A stretch of DNA of 64,000 nucleotides from Octopus bimaculoides (taxonomy: Eukaryota): the NCBI RefSeq assembly GCF_001194135.2, contig NC_068982.1:33849459-33913458 (forward strand), given 5' to 3'. Positions 1 to 13,614 of this stretch are shown here, piece by piece. The translations under genes were made by a program, and so were the position numbers. Numbering within the stretch: position 1 is the stretch's first letter; every line of letters starts with the position of its first letter. The notes beneath the pieces were generated by a model. That model ran no database searches, had not been told where the DNA came from, and saw nothing but the letters and a program-made list of their open reading frames with translations.

Positions 1-2934
1 TATAATTATTTGGATGGATCAAAACGATGGGTCAAGCTGTGTTGAATAAAGACTTGTACCAAATACATTTTCCATTTCCCTCATCAATTATGTGTGTGTG
101 TGTGTGTAACTGTGTTTTGCCCCCACCCACGTTACAACTTGTGTTAATTTGTCTACATTCCTGACTTTGTGTTTCAGTAAAAGCAATAAATAGAATAGGT
201 ACCAGACAGACAGACAGGCATGAGCACATCACTAATATGAGTGAGTTGTCTTCCATGGAACTCCAGAAACTCAAGTACCAACCCTTTTGTGATTACATTT
301 CTAATAAACAGACTTCTTATGTGTTTCAATTAATTTTAACCATAATTGAAATTTGGAAAGGTTTTGTAAAATACCATTTATCTTTTACTTATCTCAGTCA
401 TTCAAGGATTTAGTCAAACAAATTGACCCCACTACTTATTTCTAAGTCTGGTACTTATCTATCAATCACTTTTACCAAATTGCTAAGTCATAGGAATATT
501 AACTTAGAAAAATAAGTGGTGGGGTTGAGTTTGACTAAACCCTTTGAGGCAGAGTCCCTACAAGGCGCCAGTTCCAGTGACTGAAACAAGTAAAAAAAAG
601 AAAAGAGTTTGTGAATCATAAATTTAATGTTTCCATCACAAAAATGTTATTTGCTGATTTGACTAATGCTACAATATTTACAATTGAAATGAGTTCAAAT
701 TCTGCCGAGGTTGACTTTGCCTTTCATCCGTTCGTACCAGTTGTGTACTAGGGTCGATCTAATCGACTGGCCCCCACCTCCCCAAAAATTTCCGACCTTC
801 TACCTAGAGTAACAAAGAATATTTACAGTTGAATAATGCATTCTGTAACTCGTATTTTCTGAGTTTTTTTTTCTTTTTAATCTTATATCTTTTATTTGTT
901 TCAGTTATTGGTCTAGCAGTCATGTTGGGAGGTGGGGGTTACCACTTTGAAGGGTTTTACTTGAACAAATCAATTCAAATATTTATCCTATAGTCACTTT
1001 TGCTGAACTGCCAAGTAATGGGAGTGTAATTAAACCTACTGTACAGGTTGTCAAGCTCTGAGTGGGGACAAACACAGACACAAATACACATATATATATA
1101 TATATGCAAACACACATGCATATCCAAATACACACGCACTGACACATATATATGTATAAGTGTGTGTGTGTGAAGTTACATGGCTCAGTGGTTAGAGCGT
1201 CAGGCTCACAATCATGAGGTAGTGAGTTTGATTCCTGGACCGGGCTGTGTGTTGTGTCTATTAATAGCTTCTCACTTTTTTGTTTTTTGGGGTTTTTTTT
1301 TCCCTAATTTGGTCGATAGTAGAGTTGGGGAAAACCCAGCCTGCAGGCACAATTGCACCCACAGGCTGATATACTCATATGTATAAAATAGAGAAAATTT
1401 TTCAATTATAAAATTTATATAATATTCATGTCTATTTGTGACATCGGTCATGTTTCCACTACGACTTAAAACAGTCAGACTTGAACAGAAATTGTCCAGC
1501 AATTGTCATTTGAACGGAAATTTTGTTATCTCTATAAAACACATATTGCTGTGTTTGTACCACCCCCGTGAAACTCAACTACACTCTAGCTGAAAAATAT
1601 AGAATACATCATAAGTAATAAAAAGGTTCTAAATTCAGTGATGGTGTTTATGAAGATGTTACGCATTAATTTAATGTGTTAAACTTATCTTTATTAATGT
1701 ATATCGAATTATACATAGATATACATAAGATTTACACAGATATAAGAGTTAGAACTTGTGACCTGCCCGTGGACTTTTTTGTTTGGAAAATTTTGCCCGC
1801 CACACTAAAAAGTTTCCCCTCTCAAAGCCATCTCAAACCTCACTAGACCAGTGCAAATGACAATAAGGAGAAATTAAAAGATATTTTAGTAACATCCCTT
1901 GAAGTATTTCTTGAAGTAAGCTTGAATCTCAACAGAAAAGATAAAATACAGTTGATTCAATTAACTATATCCCCCTCTCTATACACTTATGACCTTGAGG
2001 TAAAGTTAATATTAACCACAACTAGAATAGAATATATTGTAATTCTCTTTCAATAAATTCCCTGGTTATATTCAGAGATTATTTGACAAGCATGCTTGTT
2101 ATGAAATACAAAATGTTTCAACTGTTAGTATTTCTATAGAAAAACATTTCATAAATATTTTTATTGCCTTGTGTTCATAGGTAACTGACTCTCTTCCAGA
2201 ATAAAGAGGAAACAATAGTATGGATAACTGTCTGGAATATAAAGTGTTAGATTTTTCTGGGGTTTTTTTGGTTTTTTTCTTTCTTTATATTCTTTTTAGT
2301 TATTCAAATTGTCTCCTTGATAGTGTGAAAAAAAAAAAGAAAAAGAAGAAATAAATGTGAGAGAAGGAAGCAACTTGAAAGAAATGTGTGAAACAAGGTT
2401 GGGAAATATCAAACTGCTAAAGAAACATTTACTACAAAGAGCTCTTTTTTTATTATTTCAAATGAAAATACAATGCAATATATATATATATACACACACA
2501 TAAATAGATAAATAGATAGATAGACAAGCAGAGAGGCAGGCAGACAAACAGACAGACAAACAGACAGACAAACAGACAGACAGATAGATATGAGCAAATC
2601 ACTAATATGAGTGAGTTGTCTTCCATACAACTCCAGAAACTCCAAGTACCAACCCCTTTGTGATTACATTTCTAATAAACAGACTTCTTATGTGTTTCAA
2701 TTAATTTTAACCTTAACTGAAATTTGGAGGCGTTTTGTAAATTATCATTTATTTTTTACTTGTTTCAGTCATTCAAGGATTTAGTCAAACAAATTGACCC
2801 CAGTACTAATTTTTAAGTCTGGTACTTATCTATCGGTCACTTTTACCAAACTACTAAGTTATAGGAAAATTAACAAACCAATACCAGTTGCCTAGTAGGT
2901 GGAAAACAAGTACAAAGACATACACACATATGCT

Positions 2935-2988
<54 letters not shown>

Positions 2989-3374
2989 AGTAATTTTTAT
3001 TTGCCTGTCGTGGTACTTAAATGAGAATGAGATGTAAGGTGACAACATTTTGAGAATTCAGTCTGAAGCTATGTACAAATCCAAGAGTATGATAACCAAA
3101 GATGATCAGAGCTCAAACTGATTGAAATATAATGTAGAAGTAAATATTTTTTTTTTTTTAAATTTAACTCAAAACGAAGTCAATAATTTTAAAAAGCATA
3201 ATCTTATTAAGAATCACACATTTGAAATATTTAAATATTTACTTTGCAACAATGGTTCACAACCCATATGTTTTTTAACCACCACATTCTGGAAGTTTTT
3301 TTGCTCGTTCTATTTTCAAATTTCCTCCTACACACAAAATGTGAAATAAAAAGTATTCAAACCTATTATTTTAT

Positions 3375-4740
3375 TTAATGAGACTATTGAGATTAATGCT
3401 TTGCTACTAAATATTAATATTTTGTTCAATGTTACTGAGCTTATTTCTTCTGTCCCCCCTTTTACAGACAAACAATACATTTCTTTCTTTGTCTTAGTTA
3501 TCTACTCACTCAAACTAAACTCAGTTTCAACTATATATAATGTTGGAAGCAGACAATTATTTTGGCCATTTTTAGTCTGTCACTTTAATCTTAGTATTTC
3601 ACATTAATGACCTGAATTAAGTCCACCCTACTTAACACACGTGTATTTTGAGTTATCTTTGCATCATAATTCAATAAACTCTTCTTCATTTCTTCTTTGG
3701 CTGAATCACTATCATGGTTAAATGGTTCTATCATGAGTGGTTTTACTTCAAAAGGAAAATGAATCAGAAAATATTTTGTTCTCATTGATAATAAGTGTCC
3801 AGAATATATTTCAAGAGCCATTTGTTCAGTGAAGAGCAAATTTCTGCTAACTCAGACATTATTCTGTGAAATGTTTAAGAAAATTTACTTGAAAAATTTC
3901 CAATTAATCAGTAAATGCTCTCAACATACTGTTACATTCAATCAATATAATGAATTTACCTTGAAGTTCAAGAGATATCTCATTAAGCTTTTAAAATATT
4001 CAAGCTAGATAATATATCTTACTTTTATGTTTTCTTTATAGCTATCTTCATCCCTAAACCTTGCTAAGCAATTCCATTTGCTAAGCCACCTGATTTCTGC
4101 ATTATAAGAAATTTTACATATTCTTTATTATGATCAGAGCAAAACTTTCTTAACAGGTAATCATATTTCCCATGTGATTTTATTTTGTTGATAATTTTAA
4201 TAACTATTTAAAATTAATAATGTAAGGCTTTGTTTTTTGGGGGTTTTTTTTGTTTTTTTTTTGCTACAAGATTGTATCTGTGAATAAAATAATGTAATGT
4301 ATTGCAATAATATTCAGATGTGTGATGAGGCATTTACACCTTCTGACCTTCCAAGTAGCACCAGCAGTTGCAACTAATATTGAATTTTCTAATGGAACTT
4401 TCTTTTCATAAAAAAAGCAGGGTCTTAAAGCATTAAAATCTTAATTAAAATCTAGAGAGGATACAATTTAACCTTCTCACTCAAAATACTTTCTTCATTT
4501 TCTGGGAGAAATTTTTTTTATTTCTACAAACTCAAGCTATAAGAGAAATTATAAAAGTTAAATAAACAGAATTCACTTTCTGGAAATATGAGCAAAAGAC
4601 AATCTAAAGGCATAGTCTTCAGTGTAATGTTATTTTTCCAAAAATAATTATGGAAGTCTAAGCTGAAGCTGAATTGAATATCTTGCAGCAACTCTTGAGG
4701 TGAATTCTTTATTATTTGAAGGCAACCATTTCTTCTCACT
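3375..4740 (-). mobile_element. Degenerate hAT (Buster/Charlie, SCAND3/ZBED5-like) transposase fossil
   Basis: Frameshifted fragments appear in the correct order: KVPLENSILVATAGA (cf. NIIAVATDGA), IHRYNLVAK, NDYLLRKFCSDHNKEY / NAEIRWLSKWNCLARF (cf. HTEVRWLSKG.CL.RF), IEPFNHDSD, LLPTLYIVETEFS (cf. FPSSYLVERGFS), GDRRNKLSNIEQNI..KH..SH*. Confidence 0.8.
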
Positions 4741-6039
4741 TTATGTTGAGTTCAAATGCCACCAGAGTCAACTTTGCCTTTCATCTTTTCAGGGTCAATA
4801 AAATAGGTACCTATTGAACATTAGGGTCGGTGTAATTGGCTAGCCCCTCCCACCAAAAGTTCAGGTCTTGTTCCTATAGAAAAAAGATTTGAAGACAGTG
4901 TTCTTGGTGCCTTTGTTAAAATAATTGGTTCAAATTTTGGCACAAGGCCAGCAGTTTTAGTGAGAGAGGATAACCAATTATATCAACTCCAGTACATGAC
5001 TGGTACTATATTTTATCAGTCTCATAAGGGTAAAAGGCAAAATTGACTTTGGCAGGATTTAAGCTCAGAATGTAATGACTCAGAAGAAATACTGTGAAAT
5101 ATTCTTTCCAATGCTGTAACAATTCTGTCAGTTCATTGAAGGCAGTGAGCTAGCAGAAACGTTAGCACTCTGGGCGAAATGCTTAGCGGTATTTCATCTG
5201 TCTTCACGTACTGAGTTCAAATTGTGCCGAGGTCAACTTTACCTTTCATCATTTCAGGGTCGATAAACTAAGTACCAGTTGTGTACTGAGGTCGATCTAA
5301 TTGACTGGTCCCCTCCCCCCAAATTTTGGGCCTTGTGTCTAGAGTAGAAAAGAATTCTGTCCGTTTACTACCTGGCCTTCGTTAAAATAATGATATATAT
5401 TTTTGAATGAATTCAACAAATTGAATAAAGAAATATAAGGTTTTTATTTCAGACAGTTGTTAGCCTTAATTCAGCAGAAGATGCTTAACTAACACGTTCT
5501 TTGTTTTTAGCAAATATATGAACAGAATTATTTTAATTTGGAGATCTCAAACTAAATGCAAAAAGTACCACAATCAATTCAATTGACTAAAAACTTTTAA
5601 GGCAGTATTCCAGTATAGCCACAGTACAATGACTGAAACAAGTAAAAGAGTTCTAACTATTTGACAAAGATTGAACTTATTTAACATATATAGTAAAAAC
5701 AAAACTGATGTTCATGATATGTTTCATAAATAACATACACATGTGAGCTGCAAATCTATCAGAACCAATCAGGAAAAGGTGTTAGCTTCAAATTTTTACT
5801 GTATGTTCTATGTAGTGTTAAGTAAGCATATGCAGATGAACGCAGTTTTAGTAGGATCTATTTATATACAACCATCTGAAATGGCTGGGGAAAGTATATG
5901 AGCAGATGAGAGTGGTTTTATATCTATTTATTTATACATATATTTATATGTTATTTAATTATAGCAGATATTTTTCTATTCTTTTTTCTCTTTTTTCCTA
6001 TCTATACTTCATTGCTTTTTTTCCTAAATATTCATACAT

Positions 6040-6213
6040 GCACACACACGAACACACGTACACATGTATACACGCATAGACATAAACACACGTTCAAATA
6101 TATGTGTAAGTGTTTGTTTGTATCTGTGTGTGTGTGTATGTGTGTGTCTATATATATATATTATATATGTTTCTATATGTGTGTGTCTGTCTGTCTGTCT
6201 GTGTGTATATATG

Positions 6214-6260
<47 letters not shown>

Positions 6261-6353
6261 CTATGTATGAATATATGTATGTGTGTATATATGTATGTGT
6301 GTGTATATATATATAAATGTATGTATGTATGTATATGTATATATATGTATATC

Positions 6354-6448
<95 letters not shown>

Positions 6449-6570
6449 TCACATATGTCTGAGTGCCTGTATGCATATGTGTGTGTGTGCATGTGCACCT
6501 GCGCATGTTTATGTGTGTGGGTGTATGCACGCTTGTATGTGTGCGCTTGTGTATGCTTCTACAAATGCAT
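6040..6570. repeat. Compound (CA/TG/TA)n microsatellite block
   Basis: Directly visible dinucleotide arrays; the source of the spurious YI/VC/HT ORFs. Confidence 0.95.
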
Positions 6571-7494
6571 GTAAGAATATCTTCCTTACACATGGATTAA
6601 TATTTGCTTGGTGAAATTCTTTGTATCAGATCATAGAAATTAGCTATTTTCAGACAAATGTTATCACCAAAAAGTTGACTTTAATTACACCGAACGCTGA
6701 ACAAGTCTTAGTGAGTTAAAATTATTTCAACTTACCAAACTACTTACTTACCAGCCTCACCTACCTACATACCTAACAAGCTGTCTATATACACATTTTT
6801 GTATTATTTTAACAAAGAAGAATTAATTACACAAAAACAAACAAAGAAATTTACAGAAGCTAGAAAAAAATCTTCAAAGGATTTACGGTTCTTTATGCTT
6901 TGTAGTTTAAGAAATAGGTTTATTAGAACTTATTTATTAATATGTTTTAATAAACCAATTAATAAATAAGTTTATTAATAAACCTATTTATTTATCAGTT
7001 TATAATAACGAAAAGAAATGTGGCTGTGTGGTAAGAAGTTGGCTTCCTAATCACATGGTTTTGTTTTTTATTTCCATAGTATGCCACTTTGGGTAAGTGA
7101 CTTCTACAATAGCCTGGGGTTGGCCAAAGCCATTGTTCATGAACTGATTTGTTCACAATGAGAGACATTCATAAACTGAGGTTCTGCTAAATATATGTAC
7201 CATGTAAATGGCACCCATGGATCATGGTCAATTCCAGTGCCATGTAAACGGCACCTGTGAATCATAGTCATGGTCGTTTGCCAGTGTCATGTAAATGGTA
7301 CCCATGTTGGTGGCACATAAAAGCACTTATTACACTCTCGGAGTGGTTGGTGTTAGGAAGAGCATCCAGCTGTAGAAACCATGCTAAATCAGACTGGAAC
7401 CTGGTGCAGCTCTCCAGCTCATCAACTCCGTTCAAACCATCTAACCCATGCCAGCATGGAGAGCGGACATTAAATGATGATGATGATGATGTGA

Positions 7495-7532
<38 letters not shown>

Positions 7533-8024
7533 ATGCTTGTATTTGTCCACCACTGCTTCACAACCATTGTTAATTTGTTTACATTCCTATAATCTACCAG
7601 TTCAGCAGAAAGAGACCGATAGAATAAGTACCAGGCTTTAAAAAATAAGTGCTGGTTTTGACTTGTGCAACTAAACTTTTCAATGTGGTGCCCCAGCACA
7701 GCCATCATTCAATGACTGAAACAAGTAAAGGCTAAAAGATATACAAAAACATGCCTCTAATGTAACTAACAGTCTTGTTGTTTCTCCCAAAATAATACAT
7801 CCTTACCAATTATTATCTAAAGGTTGCAACTGGTCTTTTACATTTCATGTGTTTTTTGAAAGAGCCAACTTATGGTTTCCATCATTTACCAACACAATGT
7901 TTGTTTGAACTTCTCTGTTTGCAGTATTTTTATTGAAGCCATTCCAAGAAGAGTGTGCCTGTGCGTGTACCTGTGTGTGCATGCGTGTGTGTCTGTGTAA
8001 AAACATATGCTATGTGTATGTATG

Positions 8025-8069
<45 letters not shown>

Positions 8070-8180
8070 NNNNNNNNNNNNNNNNNNNNNNNNNNNNNNN
8101 NNNNNNNNNNNNNNNNNNNNNNNNNNNNNNNNNNNNNNNNNNNNNNNNNNNNNNNNNNNNNNNNNNNNNNNNNNNATACA

Positions 8181-8234
<54 letters not shown>

Positions 8235-8339
8235 TACACAAACATAAGCCCACATACTCACATACAAACACATATATTTGAAGGCTTATTTTTAAATTCC
8301 TGTATCTTCTTTATTTTTTTCTTATGTAATTTTTTTAAG

Positions 8340-8900
8340 GAACTCATTAATTCACTAATGGAACTTGTCCAAGATATTGTTACAAACTATGGAATAGGCT
8401 ACAAAGGATTAAATAAGAAGGTAGATAAGGTAAACATATGGTACAATAGACCCAAGTTTCACTGGGTAATGTTTATTACACCACACTGAAAGGAAAACAG
8501 GATTAGGAAAACTGTGAGTAATGCTAATCTTAGAATTAAAGTAGTAGAGAAACTAGGACAATCCACTAGGTCATTGATAAGCAGAACATATGTCTTTGAT
8601 AGGACAACATGCACCAATAGGAACTGTACTGTGTGCGATATGAATACTAGGATCAACTGCAAATGAGGAATGTAGTTTATCAATGGAAATGTATGGAAGC
8701 AAATGTAAAGAACTTAACCATGGCACATAATGGGGAAACTGCCAGGAGTCTCTCTGAAAGAATGGAGAAGTATTGGAAAGAATATAGTGATAGGAAACCT
8801 ACACTAGTATTCTATCAGCATGCTTAGGATAAATGCAATGAAATATACTGAATAACATAAGCTTAAAGATCATCTTTGCACATTCATATAATGCTTCTCT
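8340..8900 (+). mobile_element. Penelope-like retroelement (Neptune-type) 3' fossil: Cys-rich linker and GIY-YIG endonuclease
   Basis: NIWYNRPKFHWVMFITP, IKVVEKLGQSTRSLISRTYVFDRTTCTNRNCTVCDMNTRINCK and RNVVYQWKC...NGETARSLSERMEKYWKEY (GIY-YIG VY...GET.R...ER); contains stops and frameshifts. Confidence 0.72.
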
Positions 8901-10349
8901 ATGACAGATACAGGGGTATATACTAACAAAAAAATAGAAACCATCACTTAATAAAAATATAGTTAAAAGGTAACAACCACACCACCACTACCACCTGCTA
9001 TGAAATAAATAAATAAATAAATAGAAATACAACAAACTATGTAGAATGATTTACAAAGCCACATGTATATGCATGGCTGTGTATTTCTAATTCATACCAC
9101 CATGAGTATGTGTCATGTGACATGTATGTATGTTCCTGCATCTTGACATCAGTAAACATGTAAATAAGATTCTATGGTGAACATGTTAAACTGCATCTAC
9201 TCATTCCAGCAGAAGAAAAATTATACACTTATAGGTTGCTATATATAATTTGGTATGAAGTTAGTAAGCATATGCTGGTGTGTTAACAAACATATATCTG
9301 TATCATCTGTATGCTTTGTGTGTATGTGGGTTTTCATGCTTAGCATGCATGAATGAAGTACAGTTTGTTGATAATTAAATGCCTCATTCTTGCTCTCAAA
9401 AGATCCTAGTCATGCAAGTTACTTGGTGACCTCGCCAGTGTTAGTGCCATGTAAAGAGCATCCAGTCCATTTTGTAAAGTAGTTGGCACCCAACTGTAGG
9501 AAGGGCATCAAATCGTAAAATCCATGCCAAAGTAGACAGTGGGGCTTGGTGCAGCCCTTCTACCTTACCAGCTCCTGTCAAACTGTCCAACCAATGCTGG
9601 CATGGAAGACAGACATTAAATGATGATGAAGACGATGATAATGATGGCAATGGTGATAGCGATGATGATGATGAAGATGATGATGATGATGATGATGATT
9701 GTGTGTGTGCGTGTGTCTGTGTCTCTATGTGTGTGATGGTAGTTTTTCATGTCTGAAGATCATGAGGTAGAGCAACCAGGAATTAAATGGCCATGTAAAC
9801 CAATCCTTGAATGACAGGTTTTGGCATATTTGGTTATATAGGCTTTGGTCAGATGAGGGTTGTAACAATGACTCTTGATCAACTCATCAATTACTTAATG
9901 ACTAACAGTAACAGCAACAAGATAACCAACTCCATTTAAAGTAAAAGACAATGACATAAGATAATGTGGTATCTTAGTGTGCTTTAAAGGTTGAGTGAAA
10001 TGACTTTGATCTTAGATCAATGAGGATTAGCTTGAGACTAAATAGTAACAATAGTAACAATTGGCAAGAACAATATGAACACCACCACCATCAGCAATAT
10101 CCTCTGTTATCACTATCGCCACCAACACTAACACCAACACCAAAACCAATATAACCAACATCACCACCACCACCACCATTACCTATCAACTAACTTTTGA
10201 ATAACCAATTGTCAACAACATTAATATCACTATCACAGCACTGACTGTAACTTTCTCTCCCTTTCTATCTCTCTCACACACACACACCATTATGTGTGTG
10301 AGAGAGAAAAATAGGGAGAGAGACAGAAAGAGACAGACAGAGAGAAAGA

Positions 10350-11481
10350 GAAAATAGTGTAATCTATTGAGTTACTTGACAACTTCAAACATAAGTTTCA
10401 TAACTTTATTGTTGATTGAGAATTTAAGTTCAACCTGACCTGGTTGGATGATATTGTTGACTAGCTTTTCAGTTGCACATTACTTGTGTAAAATGAGTGT
10501 TGTGTGCTGTTTGGAATAATGTTTGCTTGTGCTGTAGTATCCAGCTTGAAGATGATGCTTTGTTTATCTTCTGCTATGACAGCTTGTGTCCAGTCAGGTA
10601 TTATTGCATTCGTTTCCAGTGTGATACCATCAAAAAATAAACATTGATGCAACAAATGATTATCTCATGTGCTTATATCTCTGATACACCTTGTGATTGT
10701 TAGGAATGGCACAGATTGACAAAATGATTTTGCTTATGGCTTTACACACGTTTCCCCATAGGCAGAGTATTGCTGAGGGGGATGACTCTAACAACATTTA
10801 CCACATGAACTTATACAGTAATTTCTAAGGCTTTTTTTTTTTTTTTTTTTTTGTTGTACAGCACGCTCTTAAATTTTGTTAAGTTACTTTTGCTCATCTG
10901 CAGAAGCTTGTTTTGTGTCACTACCGAGACAGAAGAATCCTCAGTGATGCTTTTTATCTATGTAGCACTTATTTCAACAACTCAACAGCATTTATCTATA
11001 GCTTTTCCTAAATATTCATTTTGCGTTCTGAAGCAGTATTTCTTGAGAATCTTTGTTTTGTATTTCACATTTGATCCTGTCTCTGATTAAATCATCCTGT
11101 AAATCTCTGAATTCACAGTCTTTAGATCTCAGCTTAATGTTAGTTAGAAATGAATCATATTTCTCTTATGGTGACTAATTTCTACAACAAAATAGATAGT
11201 GGACATGCATGATGCTTTTTCTAGGGCTACAATACTCTCGAAATTTCATGTTAACAGCAATAAGATTATCTTTATTGTCTGGATTTTCAAACTCAAAAGA
11301 ATTAAATACCTGTTGTGCTTGGGGAACCTGTGATGTGGAGATAAGTTGCAGCCTGCACATTTTCGTCTTTTTCTATAACACTTGTGACAAGTGAATAAAA
11401 GTTATATTGAAGTTCCCATATCTTATAATTTTCATCTAAATTTCCTTCAAAGCTCAGATTTTTTGGTGGCTTCAGATTCAT
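10350..11481 (-). mobile_element. Gypsy/Ty3 LTR retrotransposon gag-protease fossil
   Basis: ATG at 11481: MNLKPPKNLSFEGNLDENYKIW...; AQQVFNSFEF...KFREYCSPRK; LIRDRIKC; degenerate knuckle AYGETC..K.NHFVNLC; protease IIFKLDTTAQANIIP (cf. FKLDTGAQ.N.IP). No RT found. Confidence 0.8.
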
Positions 11482-11648
11482 CTTATTTAAACTGATTTTA
11501 TCCTCCGAAAGTATTTCACATTAAAACAGTTTGCATGTAAACTTTTCCATGCATAAACAAAGTTCAGTAAACAATTAAAATTAAAGTAGAGAATAAATAT
11601 TTGTTTTTGTGTTTGCATCTTTGTTTTTCTTTCTTTTTTGTGATCATG

Positions 11649-11810
11649 ATTTTAGATAAAGCATTACAATTATCTTCTGCAGAATTTAAAAGTTTTGCCA
11701 AAGCATGAGACTTTCACCATATCACATCCAGTCCATTATTTTCCCAATCAAATGGTCAAGCAAAGACTACAGTGAAAGCCATGAAAATACTAATAAAAAT
11801 ATGTTACAAA
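11649..11810 (+). mobile_element. Gypsy-type integrase core fragment
   Basis: ILDKALQLSSAEFKSFAKA*DFHHITSSPLFSQSNGQAKTTVKAMK (cf. SDNGPQFSS.EF..FAK.W.F.H.TSSP.YPQSNGQAE). Confidence 0.78.
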
Positions 11811-12597
11811 GTGTGTTGGTGATCCAGTGAATTCGCTCAGTACTCTAAATCCCAACACCTTGATAGTCAGGCTGCTGCAGGAAAACTAACTTGTAATCAA
11901 TGTGAAATGATTTGTGAGTCCCTTGCAGGCCTTGAGTCATATAAGCCATCATTTGCAACATGGAAACCAAATGATAGGTAGTTCTTAAAATTAAATGGGT
12001 TTAAGAAGTGGTCTTACTTGGTTACAAGTTGACTTCCGCTATGTATGTCTTCTGTGTAGCCCTGTCTAATGAATTCCACTCATACGCAAGGTATTGTTTA
12101 TCCAGAGTGTATGGTAGAAGACATTTGCCAAAAGTGCTGCATGATGGAACTGAACCTAGAACAATGTGGATGTGAAACAGATTTCTTAACCGGATATGCC
12201 AGCACCTGTTTGCATGTAAATATCTGTTACATTTTATATTGGATTAAATATTGGAAGCAGAAAACTAGGATTTTGGAAATCCTATTTTCTTGGATTATCT
12301 CAGATAAAAATGCAAATCTCATTTGCACATGAGTAGAAGGAAGAAAGAGATGGAAAGAGAAAGAATAGAACAAAGTAAAAAGAGAGGGAGAAGGAAAGAA
12401 AGAAGCTAGATAGAGAATATTAATATTACTGTAAAGAAATAAGAGACATTTTCAAGGTTTCCATTTATAAAGCTAAATATCTAAATCTGAATAGCTTTGT
12501 TTCACATGTCATATTGAATGCAATGCTAATTGGCAAATTCAGCCAGATTAGCAAAATGCTTAAGTTGACCAACGTTAGTAGGAACATTTAATGTCCC

Positions 12598-12628
<31 letters not shown>

Positions 12629-12648
12629 TGCATGCATGCATACATACA

Positions 12649-12694
<46 letters not shown>

Positions 12695-12993
12695 NNNNNN
12701 NNNNNNNNNNNNNNNNNNNNNNNNNNNNNNNNNNNNNNNNNNNNNNNNNNNNNNNNNNNNNNNNNNNNNNNNNNNNNNNNNNNNNNNNNNNNNNNNNNNN
12801 NNNNNNNNNNNNNNNNNNNNNNNNNNNNNNNNNNNNNNNNNNNNNNNNNNNNNNNNNNNNNNNNNNNNNNNNNNNGGTTCAGTCCCACTGCGTGGCACCT
12901 TGGGCAAGTGTCTTCTACTATAGCCTCGGGCCGACCAAAGCCTTGTGAGTGGATTTGGAAGACGGAAACTGAAAGAAGCTCGTCGTATATATG

Positions 12994-13024
<31 letters not shown>

Positions 13025-13614
13025 TTATATGTGTCTGTGTTTGTCCCCCCAGCATCGCTTGACAACCGATGCTGGTGTGTTTACGTCACTGTAACTTAGC
13101 AGTTCGGCAAAAGAGGCCAATAGAATAAGTACTAGGCTTCCAAAGAATAAGTCCTGGGGTCGATTTGCTCGACTAAAGGCGGTGCTCCAGCATGGCCGCA
13201 GTCAAATGACTGAAACAAGTAAAAGAGTAAAGTGTAAGAGTATATACTGAGAAAGAGGAGAGAGAAAGCTGCAGGCATAGCTGGGTGATTAAGAAGCTCA
13301 CTTTGCAACTGCATAGTTTTATACTCAGTCCCACTGTACAGTAACTTGAGCAAGAATCTCTTACTATTGCTTACCAATACTTTGCGTATGAATTTGGTAA
13401 ATGGAAACTATGGTTTGAAGGGCATTAGGCTGCTATTTCTAGTAATGAAGCAACCATGTAGAGATTCTCTTGATGCAAATTTTAGTTCACTGCAGAGATA
13501 ATATAGAATGCATATTTAGCTAACAGTCATTATATTGTAAACACATTCGATAATTATTGATGTTTAATTGCTCTCTAATACTGTGCATTTGGATGTATAA
13601 CATTTATATTTTTG

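Noticed and set aside
1180-1260. tRNA gene
   Set aside because: It has A/B boxes but continues into SINE body sequence (fuller copy at 54250-54590), and the acceptor stem is not formed.
3591-3839. 82-aa ORF as a host gene exon
   Set aside because: It is part of the frameshifted hAT transposase fossil.
6012-6614. Long ORFs rich in YI/VC/HT, and all X-containing ORFs
   Set aside because: They are translations of dinucleotide microsatellites or N-gaps, not genes.
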